Source: the human T2T-CHM13v2.0 reference genome, Homo sapiens
DNA length: 64,000 nucleotides
Assembly (NCBI RefSeq): GCF_009914755.1
Contig: NC_060947.1
Direction: 5' to 3' (one strand)
The position numbers and the translations under genes were made by a program. How positions within the stretch are numbered: position 1 is the first letter of the stretch; the number at the start of each line of letters is the position of its first letter. The notes under the pieces were generated by a model, which worked only from the letters and a program-made list of their open reading frames with translations, did not search any database and had not been told where the DNA came from. Of the stretch, positions 1 to 12,674 are shown one piece after another.

Positions 1-466
1 CTTCTCAAGCATGCTGGTTATTTTTTTTATCAGTAAGTTTGTCTCTGTTCAAAACTATTGTAAAGCTGAAGTGCTTTTGTTCTGCTAAAGAGATACAAGT
101 CTATTCCTGATTTCACCAAGGACAATTCAATTTTTCAATAATTTTAATGAAGACTTTATTGAAAGATACTTATTAAATAACTGAAAGATTAGCTTTTATT
201 ATAACTTTCAGCCTGGTTCTACAACCAACGGATTAGTTGAAATGAGGCTGAATTATCTTATCTTCTTTTCCAGGGGAATTTGGAGTCAAGGAAAGGCTCA
301 TTTCTGCAGGGGTATGGTGGAGAAAATGCAGGGAATAATTGGTTCCATTCATTTTTAAATTCCTTATAAGACCATGCGGAATTAATTCATATTCAAAGAG
401 AATTGAACAAAGCCTAAGAGAAAGCCATTATGTTTTCACAGACTTTTTTCTTGGGGAAGAGCTAAC

Positions 467-1886
467 TTTTTTATTTTTTAAAATTATTATTATACTTTAA
501 GTTCTAGGGTACATGTGCACAACGTGCAAGTTTGTTACATATGTATACATGTGCCATGTTTCTGTGCTGCACCCATTAACTCGTCATTTACATTAGGTAT
601 ATCTCCTAATGCTATCCCTCCCCCCTCCCCCCACCCCACAACAGTCCCTGGTGTGTGATGTTCCCCTTCCTGTGTCCATGTGTTCTCATTGTTCAATTCC
701 CACCTATGAGTGAGAACATGCAGTGTTTGGTTTTTTGTCCTTGCGATAGTTTGCTCAGAATGATGGTTCCCAGCTTCATCCATGTCCCTACAAAGGACAT
801 GAACTCATCATTTTTTATGGCTGCACAGTATTCCACGGTGTATATGTGCTACATTTTCTTAATCCAGTCTATCATTGTTGGACATTTGGGTTGGTTCCAA
901 GTCTTTGCTATTGTGAATAGTGCCACAATAAACATACATGTGCATGTGTCTTTATAGCAGCATGATTTCTAATCCTTTGGGTATATACCCAGTAATGGGA
1001 TGGCTGGATCAAATGGTATTTCTAGTTCTAGATCCCTGAGGAATCGCCACACCGACTTCCACAAGGGTTGAACTAGTTTACAGTCCCACCAACAGTGTAA
1101 AAGTGTTCCTATTTCTCCACATCCTCTCCAGCACCTGTTGTTTCCTGACTTTATAATGATTGCCATTCTAACTGGTGTGAGATGGTATCTCATTGTGGTT
1201 TTGATTTGCATTTCTCTGATGGTCAGTGATGATGAGCATTTTTTCATGTGTTTTTTGGCTGCATAAATGTCTTCTTTTGAGAAGTGTCTGTTCATATCCT
1301 TCTCCCACTTTTTGATGGGGTGGTTTGTTTTTTTCTTGTAAATTTGTTTGAGTTCATTGCAGATTCTGGATATTAGCCCTTTGTCAGATGAGTAGGTTGC
1401 AAAAATGTTCTCCCATTCTGTAGGTTGCCTGTTCACTCTGATGGTAGTTTCTTTTGCTGTGCAGAAGCTCTTTAGTTTAATTAGATCCCATTTGTCAATT
1501 TTGGCTTTTGTTGCCATTGCTTTTGGTGTTTTAGATATGAAGTCCTTGCCCATGCCTATGTCCTGAATGGTATTGCCTAGGTTTTCTTCTAGGGTTTTTA
1601 TGGTTTTAGGTCTAACATTTAAGTCTTTGATCCATGTCGAATTAATTTTTGCATAAGGTGTAAGGAAGGGATCCAGTTTCAGCTTTCTACATATGGCTAG
1701 CCAGTTTTCCCAGCACCATTTATTAAATAGGGAATCCTTTCCCCATTGCTTGTTTTTGTCAGGTTTGTCAAAGATCAGATAGTTGTAGATATGTGGTATT
1801 ATTTCTGAGGGCTCTGTTCTGTTCCATTGGTCTATATCTCTGTTTTGGTACCAGTACCGTGCTGCTTTGGTTACTGTAGCCTTGTA
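467..1886 (-). mobile_element. 5'-truncated LINE-1 (L1PA, probably L1PA4/5): end of ORF2, 3'UTR and poly-A
   Basis: Poly-T at 467, then reverse-complement L1 3'UTR (AGGAGATATACCTAATGTAAATGACGAGTTAATGGG); ORF 969..1553 is L1 ORF2p; L1 similarity ends at ...GTAGCCTTGTA 1886. Confidence 0.97.
969..1553 (-). pseudogene. L1 ORF2p C-terminal fragment with CCHC zinc knuckle, premature stop
   Basis: [30 protein letters not shown]...[18 protein letters not shown]...IYPKD*; TAG stands where ORF2p normally continues YKSCC. Confidence 0.93.
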
Positions 1887-2066
1887 CTCTTTAGCAGTGA
1901 TGGGCAGACTTTTTCATAGAAAGTTCATTTGTCAGAATTTCATATATCACACAGGAATCTCCAAGCCTAGTGAGAAAGGTCACCATCTCAGAACTCACAT
2001 ATTTTGTCTTATGAATGCAACTCATACAAACATGTGTATATATGTGATGTTCAAGTACATTTAGGT

Positions 2067-2585
2067 CCATGGTTCTCAATTGTGACTGTGTATCAGAATC
2101 ACTTCTAGGAATGATTGAGTTTGAATAGGATTGGTTATGCTTCAATAACAAATGGTACCCAAATCTCATGACTTACTACAACAAAGACTTAGTTCTTCCT
2201 CACAATGTGGATTTATTGTGGGTTACCTGTGGCTCTTCTCCATCTTATGTTCACTGTGACACCAAGGTGACAGAGTAGCCTCTAGCTGGAGCATTGCTGT
2301 TTGTCATGGCATAGAGAAGAGAAGAGTCTGGCTGACTGCTAATTGACTCTCACCACCACTGCTCAGTTTCATTGGCCAGGGCAAGTTACAGGGTGCAGCT
2401 TAATGGTGGGGCTGAGAAGTCTGATTCTCCACTCCCACCCCCGCCCACTAGCAGCAGTGAATCTTTGTGAATAAAATGCCTTGGTTGACTTCTTACTAAG
2501 TAGGAATCTTGGGATGGGACCTGGGGAATGGTATTTTTAAAATTTATCTGGCAAGTATGATGAGTAGGCAAGGTGGGGAAACACT
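2067..2585. mobile_element. MER5-type hAT MITE interrupted by an MLT1 LTR fragment (~2125-2470, minus)
   Basis: GGTTCTCAA...ATCAGAATCAC start and GGGATGGGACCTGGGGAATGGTATTTTTAA...GGAAACACT end; GGTTATGCTTCAATAACAAAT...CATTGGCCAGGGCAAGT between is MLT1-like. Confidence 0.55.
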
Positions 2586-3299
2586 AACTTACATGAGAAA
2601 AGTCTACATTAGGTCATTGCAGGGATCATTATCAGTTTTTTATTTGTTATCAAAAATATCAGATTGTGTATATTTTATTTTTATATATTATTAAATAATT
2701 AGGAGAATTAGGGGTTTTGCAAGGGTTTTTTTAAGTTTCAAGTATCTTTTTCTGATAAGACACTCTTAATTTATAAGTATAAAATAATTCAACATTGACA
2801 TTTGCTTAATGGAATATTATGATTTATTTGAAGATAAGAACACCCTCTGGTGATAAAGTGTGAAATATCCACAGGTAACGGATGAGATCAGTATATGAGT
2901 AAAACAATTCTAATCCATGAAGGTTCTGCCTAGGCAGCCATTTGGCCTTGCCCTCTGACTGTCTGTTTGGGCTCAGTGCTAACTTTGTAGTGACATTTGC
3001 ATCACCTGTGTGGGTGAAGTAAATCAACTGTGCTTGCTCATGTGTTTGTAGCTATTGAGTGTTGGGTATTGTGAGCTAATTGTCCACAGATTAATTCCAT
3101 TTGGATACTCATTGCAGACATACAACCATAGGAGCCACACTAGTACAATGGAAGGAACCCTGGATTCAAGTTAAAATGTACTTCCTGGATCAGTCCTAAA
3201 TACCCATAACACTTTATTGGGCTGTCTCTTATGACAGGCTTCTCTTTTGCTCTGTATATTAGATGTTTATGCACACAAATATTACACCATACAGTGGAT

Positions 3300-3835
3300 A
3301 TGGGGGTGGACTCCCCAATATCCATTTTACCCCATTCCATTGTGTAGGAGCTATTTGGTTGGCAGCATCAACTCCACTCCAAGCTTCAATGTGAGGGCTC
3401 TACTGGCATAAACCAATCCTAACCCCATGGCTTCCATGATTGGTGTCGGTAACTCATACCTAAGTCAATCAGATCATGGCAATCCCTAGCTACAGAGATT
3501 CATTCTGGAGCTGTCCCATCAGAATAAAGCTGAAACTACTTTTGCTGATATTCCAGGAACTCGCCCCCCACGCCCTGCCTTGTGTAGTGTGGGGTACATC
3601 TATGAAACCTGGAATTCTATAACCATTTTCCCAACATGCTAGAAATGAGCCTTAGGATAACGTTGACCCTGCAGAAAGCAGAGTGAAGGGGCTGAAAGAA
3701 ACTAGGCACCATGATTGAGCCACCCTGGAGCTTCTGCTACCTCTGGAATTTACAGAAAGTTGTTGATAAATCCCCTTTATTGCTTAAGCCAGTTTGAGGT
3801 GCTTTTTCTGTCACTTGTTACTGTTACCAGAAGAG
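3300..3835 (+). mobile_element. MLT1 (ERVL-MaLR) LTR, old MLT1J/K-like
   Basis: TAAACCAATC...GATTGG motifs and the typical 3' end ATAAATCCCCTTTATTGCTTAAGCCAGTTTGAGGTG..TTTTCTGTCACTTG. Confidence 0.65.
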
Positions 3836-5397
3836 GCCTGAAGACATACACTGTTAGCTCCTTGAGCACAAGCTACAAGGTTTTGATCTGTTTTTTGGTC
3901 CTATGTTTAACACAGACCTACTACGTGTCTTTGTACTAAGTAGGTCTTTATTGAATAACTAAATCCCAAATCATGGTCTTATATGGCACTAAAGATTAAT
4001 TCATTGCATATGTAAATAGTATAGAATTGTGAGTGTTTTCCACCATTCACCTGAATCACATATGCTTGGTTTGTGGTGTGGCTGAGAGCCAAAAGAGCTG
4101 CTCAGCGACTCCAGAAGAGTCTCCCAGGAATAGCCTGTTGCTTATTTTCTGTCGCCAGCCACTCCTCTTTGAAAATGGTTTATTGGATTCTGATGTACAT
4201 GAACTGCTCAGTAACTCCAGCGACTCTCCCAAGAATAGATGGTGGCCCGTGCTGTTGGATCCATTACTGGACACCACTTTTTTGAGGATGGTTGGTTGAA
4301 TTGTGGTGAAAATGAGTTGTCAATGTGTCCTGAAGCATGTTTGCCCCACCTACTTGGTGAACTTGGTGATTTGAGAGGATCAGAACTTTCTTTCACAACT
4401 TTGTCAGCTTCAGAAATGTTGGTCTTTTGCTTGTGGTTCCAAAGCAAACATGAAGGTGCTCTGTTAACTTTCTTCTGCTAATTGCACATACCTGGAGCCA
4501 GTGGATGCCGAGACTGGCACTTGTTCACCTGTCTTCTTATTTTACTACAAGACAATAGGTGTGAGGAGCAGTAATTAGTCCTTGAATCACATACATCAGT
4601 CTGTTTTTGGACCTGAAGCTTTTGGTGGGGGAGGAGGGAAGGTAGGGAAAAGGATTGGAAAGGCCCTTAGGCAATATTGACTCTGGGCCCTTAATCTGAT
4701 AAATCCCTAAACTAATGCCCAGAAAAATGAAATATTTTTCCCCAAATGACTATAGAGCTAGTACTTCTAGAGCTTATGCTCACACGTGTTCTCATTCTTT
4801 AGCTACTCCCTTTAGGAAATGCCATATACTGAGAGCACTTCAACCCAAGGGCACTATTGTTCCTTATCTGAACTACTGTAATGCGCTCCTAACCTCTGGC
4901 CCCATGTCTACCATGCTGTCCCTATTTTCATACCGGAGTCTGAGGGAGCCCAATACGCCTTCCTTTGAAAATCTTTTCCTGGTGCTAGCATTCTGAACAC
5001 TATAGCCAACCCATGTAGCCCATCCTGGCCCAATTAATTGATCAAGCTTTTCTTTTTTTCTGAGACTAATTAGGTCCCATGGGTTCAAACACCAAGATAA
5101 GGGGTGCTGTCCACTTCTGTGTACTATTTCTCATTTTTTTCTGTCATCCCATTTAATGGTGAGGTCAGTCATTCTCAAATAATCACTTAGCTCTCCTCAA
5201 AGTCCCAAGTTATTGATATGATTATAAATATCCTTATATTTATAAAATACCAAACATAGATATCTTGGCTTGATGAATCTGACTGATTTTTATAACAGGA
5301 TAATTGGCGCCCAGAGAGCTCATGGAGAATAAACAAAATGTGGCTTTATCTAAGCTTATGTCTGTTTGCGAACATTCATGTTCCATGTAGTATAAAC

Positions 5398-5597
5398 CAA
5401 CAGTTCCCAACATGGGATGACGTTAGGAGTCTGGAGACATTTTTTATTGTCATACTGTGTAGGAGGTGCTAGTGTCATCTAGTAAGATGTAAGAGGCCAG
5501 GGTTGCTGTTTAACATCTTACAATGTAGAGGGCCACCACCCACAACAAAGAATTGTCTAGCTCAAAATGTCAACAGTGCCGAGGTTCATAAACCTTG
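5398..5597 (-). mobile_element. MER20 hAT-Charlie MITE
   Basis: GGAGACATTTTTTATTGTCA...GGCCAGGGTTGCTG...CACAACAAAGAATTGTCTAGCTCAAAATGTCAACAGTGCCGAGGTT; 8-bp TSD GTATAAAC/GTGTAAAC. Confidence 0.88.
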
Positions 5598-7334
5598 GTG
5601 TAAACCATCTGATTTTTATGTTAGCAGGCTGTAGCATAGTATATAAGCAGTTATTTTCTTTTCATGGTGTTATCAATGTGAATAAATGGATTCTTTCATT
5701 TCAGTCAACTTATTTGGCAGGAAATACAAGTCTACATGCTAGTAGGAGGAGAGAAATATAGAAAAAGTAGAGTGAAGATAAAATTTATAATTTATAGAAG
5801 ATGAAAATAATCATTGAATTATGGACCTTGCAATCACTCCTCAATGGAAATTAAAGCAATCAGTTGTTCCAAGAAGCTGTTTCTGGAGGATGAAGGGAGA
5901 ACACTGTCAACAGCATTGGGCTCATGATTTTTAACTTATCTGAAGCACAGAATGGCCACAAGCAAGTGTATCCTCAAAATCGATGAAAAAAAATCTTCAA
6001 GTTAAATGCACCATAGCTGAAAAATAAGATCATTATGTAGGAAAATATCTTGGTGATATTTTTATTTTTGAAGCTCCTGTAAGACTTCTATATGCAGTAA
6101 TCATAACCTCTATTTGAGGGCTTCCTGAATACAGCAACTCGTAGCTGTGCTCTAGATATTTCTGGAGGTGCTTTTATGGGTTAGAAAAAGAGAAAAATGT
6201 GACTGAACACAGACAAGCAGAAAGAACATGGGAGAGTAGTGGAATGAAAGGGCAAAGACTGGGAAGATGGCTGGACAGAAAGAAACAGAGATGTTATTGC
6301 TGGACTGTGCAGGTAACAGAAGTGTGGGATTGTCCCAAGATCCCAAGATGAGTCCCTTAGGGGAAGTGAACAGGAGGGGATGATGGCACCGAAGAGAGGC
6401 CATGAAGCAGACAGTAGGAAAGTGGGAGACCTGGCAGCCTGGGGAGGCATTCGTCATCTTGCAGGACACTGAAGGCTTCTGCAGCTCAGACAACAACAGG
6501 CATGCCACCCATAAGGCGCCCTTACAGCTGAAACCAATGTGGCTTTGTTAGTGTCAGAAAGCTGTGCTTTCAGGAGTTCCTAAAGAAGGCATGGGAAGTG
6601 GGAGAAGCCTGAAGTGGACAGGACTGGAGTCCTTGCTCTCATGCAGGACTCCAGTTGAAGGACATGAGTTATGAGCACTGTGAACACAAGTGACTTAGTG
6701 CAGCTGATCAGCATACTGACACTTTCAGAAATACTCAGCTCTTTCTTTTTCCCTTTTTGTCATTTGTATCTCTTCTTTTGTAATATGATAATTTTTGAGT
6801 TTAACATTGAAGGTGCTCATTTTAAAGCCATGTAAAACATCTTTATTCCTAGTAGAGGTTTTTGGCACGTGACAGGTATTGAGTGAAGGAAAGCCCATCA
6901 TTATCTATTAACTTCTAATTGGGAATTAATTCATCACCTTAGAGCACACTTCATAATCAGACTGGGGATTCATGAGTATTGGAAGAGAGTTTCTTTCAGT
7001 GAAGCCAGGATATAAAACGTACCAGGTACTTAAGATGAAAAACTAAATCAGAGTGGTCTCTGCCCTCCAGAATCTAGCAGTAGTCACAGATTTTGAACAA
7101 TATTTGCAGTGTCAAGCAAATAAACTTAACATTCTAATTTTGTCCATTGCCTTCCAGAGAATCAAGACGTGTTGGAATTTCTAATTGTGTTGAAGAGCAA
7201 ATATAAGCAAAACTTAAAATAAGGCTGGGGTGTGTGAATAGGCCTGGAGGCTTTGCGCTTCTCATAGCATTTGCTGCAACTCTTGTGATGTGATAAAATA
7301 TTTTGTGTCTCCAAACATCCTCGCACCATGAATC

Positions 7335-7960
7335 AGTGTGTAAATTGGAACAGCCTTTAGGGAGGACAATTTGGCATAGGTATCAGAAGTTTTAAAAGCA
7401 TTCTTATCATGGCGTGAACCCGGGAGGCGGGGCTTGCAGTGAGCTGAGATCGCGCCACTGCACTCCAGCCTGGGCAACGGAGCGAGACTCTGTCTCAAAA
7501 AAAAAAAAAAAAAAGGCATTCTTATCGTTTGAAACACTGATTGCTCATCTAGGAATTCAGGCCAAAGAAACAAATATGTACATACACAAAGCTATATCAT
7601 CAAAGAATGTCATTGAAGCATTGAAAATTTGGAAGGCACAATTCAAAGGTCTAGAAAATAGGCTAAATTGGATAAATAAATTATGGAACCTCATTAGATG
7701 AAATGCCAAGTCATAAAAACAAACAAACGTGCTTTCAAAGATTATTTAATGATATGGGGCACTTTTCATGATACTTTTAGTGAAGCCATAGCTTATAAAA
7801 TGGTACACTCAGTAAGTTCTAGTTTTTGTGTAAAAATCAGAGGCCACAACATATGCACAAATGAGTGATTACTGGTGCTTCTCTCCAGGTGATAGAATGT
7901 TTCTTTTTTTGTACTTTCATATATTCTGCAATTTTTTCATTAACATGAGTTAATTAGGTA
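7335..7960 (+). mobile_element. Old L1M (L1ME-like) ORF2-end/3'UTR fragment hosting an AluY
   Basis: GTGTAAATTGGAACAGCCTTT..GGACAATTTGGCA; TGGATAAATAAATTATGG. Confidence 0.6.
7409..7511 (+). mobile_element. 5'-truncated AluY (distal right arm and poly-A)
   Basis: AluY diagnostics ATGGCGTGAACCCGGGAGGCGG..GCTTGCAGTGAG; TSD AAAAGCATTCTTATC (7394-7408) / AAAGGCATTCTTATC (7512-7526). Confidence 0.93.
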
Positions 7961-8099
7961 ATTAGAAAAAATTCTTTCAAAACTCAACTTTGCCTCTTCG
8001 CTTTTGTTATAAGAGTCACAAGTTAGAACAGTCTCCTGTCCATTTTACAGGCCATGGGATAAGGTAAAGAATTCTATGAGAACATCATTTACTGTATCA

Positions 8100-8270
8100 A
8101 CAGCTCAGCAACATAGGTACTATCATTATCTCTATTTTACAGATGAGGGTGTTTAACTTAGAGAACGTAAGTAATTTTACCATCAGACATAGCAAAAAAG
8201 GGGGCAGAGTTGGGACTCCAAGCTGGGTCTACAGAGCCAGGTATACAACACCCAACTCATACTCTACTTC
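8100..8270 (-). mobile_element. MIR SINE
   Basis: MIR core ATAGGTACTATCATTATCTCTATTTTACAGATGAGG. Confidence 0.8.
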
Positions 8271-8290
8271 ACAAAGTGAGTTTTAAAATA

Positions 8291-10701
8291 TGGGCAGACC
8301 TTGTCTTATTGCACTTTGGTTTATCACATTTTGCAAATGATGGGCTTTTTTGTTTTGTTTTGTTTTGTTTTTGTTTTTTTTTGTTTTTTTTTTTGTTTTT
8401 TTACAAATTGAAGGTTTGTGGCAATCTTGCGTCCTTCAAGTCTATCAGCACCATTTTTCTGATAGCATGCACTTACTTTATGTCTCTGTGTCACATTTTG
8501 GTAATTCTTACAATGTTTCAAACTTTTTCACTGTTATTATATCTATTTTGGTGATCTATGATCAGTCTCTTTGATGTTACTATTATAACTGTTGTGTCAC
8601 ACAGGACAGCAAATATTTAAATGTTGTGTGTTCTAACTGCTCCACCAACCAGCCATTTTCTTATCTTTCTCCTTTTCCTTGGGCCTCCCTATTACCTGAG
8701 ACACAACAATATTGAAATCAGGCCAATTAATAACCCTAAAATGGCCTCTGAGTGTTCAAGTGAAAGGAAGAATCACATGTCCCTTACTTTAAAGCAAAAG
8801 CTAGAAATGATGACCCTTAGTAAGGAAAGTATGTCAAAAGCCAAGATAGGCCTAAAACTAGGCCTCTTGTGCCAGTGAACCAAGCTGAAAATAAAAAAAC
8901 AAAAACAAAAAAACTACTTCAGGGACAATTAAAAGTGCTACTCCAGCAAATACATGAATAAGAAAGCAAAACAGCCCTATTGCTGATGTGGAGATAGTTT
9001 GAATGGTTTCGATAGAAGATCAAACCAGCCACAACATTCCCTTAAGCCAAAGCCTAATCCTGAGCAAGACCTTAACTCACTTCAATTCTATAAAGGTTGA
9101 GAGAGGTAGCAAGCTGCAGAAGAAAAGTTCGAAGCTAGGAGGGGTTGGTTTGTGAGGTTTAAGGAAAGAAGCCATCTCCATAACATAAAAGTGCAAGGTG
9201 AAGCAGCAAGTGCTGATGGAGAAGCTGCAGCAAGTTATCTGAAAGACCTTGCTAAGATCACTGATGAAAATGGCTACACTACAACAGATTTTCAATGTAG
9301 ATGAAATGGGCTTATATTGGAAGAAGATGCTATCTAGGACTTTCATAGCTAGAGAGGATGCCTGGCTTCATAGCTAGAGTCAATGCCTGGCTTCAAAGGA
9401 TAGGCTGACTCTCTTGTTAGAGTCTAATGCAGCTGGTGACTTTAAGTTGAAGCCAATGCTCATTTATCATTCTGAAAATCTTAGGGCCCTTAAGAATGAC
9501 GCTAAATCTACTCTGTCTGTGCTCTATAAATGGAACAAAAAGCCTGAATGACACTACATCTGTTTAGAGCATAGTTTACTGAATATTTTAAGCCTACTTT
9601 TGAGAACTACTGCTCAGAAAAAAGATTCCTTTTGAAATATTACTGCCCATTGGCAATGCACCTGGTCACCCAAGAGATCTATAAAGAGATTAATGTTGTT
9701 TTCATGCTTGCTCACACAATGTGCATTCTCCAGCCCATGGATCAAGGAGTCATTTCAAACTTAAAGTCTTATCATTTAAGAAATATATTTCATAAGACTA
9801 TAGCTGCCATAGATAGTGATTCCTCTGATGGATCTGAGCAAAGTTGATGGAAAGTCTTTTGGAAAGGATTCACCATTCTAGATGCCATTAAGAACATTTG
9901 TGATTAATGGAAGGAGGTCAAAATATCCACATTAACACGAATTTGGAAAAAGTTGATTCCAGCCCTCATTGGATGACTTTGAGGGGCTCAAGACTTCAGT
10001 GGAGGAAGTAATTGCAGATGTGGTAGAAATAGCAAAAAACTAGAATTGGAAGTGGAGCCTGAAGATGTGACTGAATTGGTGCAATCTCGTGATCAAACTT
10101 TCATGTATGAGGACTTTCTTCTTATGGGTGAGCAAAGAAAGTGATTTCTTGAGATGGAAACTACTCCTGGTGAAGATGCTATGAAAATTGTGAAAATGAC
10201 AACAAAGGATTTAAAATATTACAAAAACTTAGTTGCCACAGTCTTGGCAGGGTTTAAGAAGACTGACTGCAATTTTGAAAAAAGTTTTACTGTGGGTAAA
10301 ATGCTATCAAATAATATTGGATGCAGAGAAATATTTTGAAAAAGGAAGAGACAATCAATGTGGCGAACTTTATTGTCTTATTTTAAGAAATTGCCTCAGA
10401 CACCACAACCTTCAGCAACCACCATCCTGAGCAGTCAGCAGCCATCAGTATGCAGGCAAGACCCTCCACCAGCAAAAAGATTACAACTCACTAAAGGCTC
10501 AAACGTTAGCATTTTTTAGCAATAAAGTAGTTTTAATTAAAGTATGATTTTTTTAGACATAATGCTGTTGCACACTTAACAGACTACAGTATAGTACAAA
10601 CATAATTTTTATATGAACTGAGAAACCAAAAAATTTGTGTGACTCCTTGCTTCATTGTGGTGGTTTGGAGCTGGACCCACAATGTCTCTGAGGAATGCCT
10701 G
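8291..10701 (+). mobile_element. Near full-length Tigger1 (TcMar/pogo) DNA transposon
   Basis: Degenerate TIRs TGGGCAGACCTTG and ...TGAGGAATGCCTG, each flanked by TA; 2411 bp; internal TTTTACAAATTGAAGGTTTGTGGCAA and transposase peptides. Confidence 0.95.
8740..10430 (+). pseudogene. Disrupted Tigger1 transposase (CENP-B-like HTH and DDE domains)
   Basis: MASECSSERKNHMSLTLKQKLEM..., ILQPMDQGVISNLKSYHLRN and METTPGEDAMKIVKMTTKDL lie in separate short ORFs, broken by stops and frameshifts. Confidence 0.9.
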
Positions 10702-11385
10702 TATGAACTTTCTAATCCCAATGAACATGGTATGTGTCTTAATAAATGCAGTGAAAGAATATTAACCATGAAAACAAGCTCTTGAATTTGAAGACAAGCC
10801 TTCACAAGTCAGTTAATCCAGCCCTGCAGTGAAACACACAATCCATCTTGCTGCCCGAAGTTGTTTCTGTGCAATATGAAAAGTGGAACTAGAAAGTTTG
10901 GTTGTCTGCTATTTAGTATAGAGTGTTTTGTGCTCTGTGATGCTTCAGAAGTTTCCTGCTTTGGTCCTGTCAACTTACCCAGGCTGGCAAAACATAGCCT
11001 TCTACCAACTGATGTGATGTTGACTAGATTTGTAGCTGAAAAAACCCTTGAAACCTTTCTACATCTTCTCAAGGCCCATTGCAACAAATGCTACTTATTA
11101 AAAATTTGCTAAAGGTAAGGGTGTAGAAAACCACCAATTTTTATATTGCACAAAACAAAGGATCAAGGTGGAGTCTTTGAAGACATTATAAAACTGCTGC
11201 CTAATATTCATGCATAGAGCTGCTGTCGTTTGTGAAAATTTTAAAAATAAAAACGTAGCACAACTAAAAGGAAAATTTCATAAATAGCTACACCAAAACC
11301 TAGGCTTAACCAAAAAAAAAAAACAAAAAACAAAACAAAACAAAAAACACATTTTCTTCCAACACAGCCAAATATGGCAATTTTT

Positions 11386-11857
<472 letters not shown>

Positions 11858-11989
11858 TGAATAATATGCAAACCCCCTTTTTATTTCCTTTTTTGTGGTT
11901 TGTTTATAGTAAACTCTACAACTGGTAACAATTTCTCCCCATCCCTGTGACCATTACCAGCATCTGAATACATACACATGAGCGCTAAT

Positions 11990-12488
11990 TGGAGTCCAAC
12001 TGGGTTCCCCAATAAACAGACCGTAAGACAAGGGTTTGGGAGCAAGTATTTATCTGGGAGGTGGCCTCAAGATGCTGGTGGGGTGAGGGGAAGTGAGATA
12101 GAGAAGGGAAGGCAAAGCATTGTTGAATATAGTGTTCGATATCAAGTAGATTATCACTGTGATAAACTGGTTTAATTCTGCTGGGCACCCCAAAAATCTG
12201 GATAAAGCGTGTGCTTCAGAGTCATCCCATCTCAAGAATGAGGGAGCTGAGGTATTGATACTCCAACTCCCATCAGTCATTGATTGAGGGTAGTTCTGAA
12301 AGGATATAAATTCCCAGCTTGCCCCAATTGTTATTGCTGCCCCAATAGCAACACTATCACTGGCAGCCAGAGAATGTGTTCAGGCAAAAAGCAATGCAGG
12401 TGCTGGCTGTTGGGGGTTGGCTGGCATGTGCTGATGTAATAGGAGTGAGGGGATATGAGTGGGACACTGACAGACAGCTTCTGCTACA
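11990..12488 (-). mobile_element. ERVL solo LTR, LTR33-like
   Basis: TGGGTTCCCC..AGACAAGGGTTTGGGAGCAAGTATTTATCTGGGAGGTG at the left and GGGGATATGAGTGGGACACTGACAG..CTGCTACA at the right. Confidence 0.75.
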
Positions 12489-12674
12489 GACTCTTTCATC
12501 AAATTAGTATTTGGATCCAAAATATATTTTCTCCCACTGCTCTCTGAAGCTAGGAAGCATACCCAGAAAATTTGGGAGGCTATTTAAAAGAGGGTAAAGT
12601 GGTAGTGTCACATTTGACAGTAATTTTTTTCCTCTAGAAATGTTGAGGAGAGGCATATCCTATGACTGATCAAT

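Noticed and set aside
455-1895. TSD for the first L1PA
   Set aside because: Only a short ambiguous match (ACTTTTT/ACTCTTT) that merges with the poly-T
6985-11121. Plus-strand splice-like signals (acceptor ~7157, donor ~11116) as lncRNA exons
   Set aside because: Isolated motifs at about chance frequency, with no coherent exon chain supportable from sequence alone
11240-11350. A-rich tract as the poly-A tail of a processed pseudogene
   Set aside because: No convincing TSD or recognisable mRNA homology; more simply an A/CAAAA microsatellite
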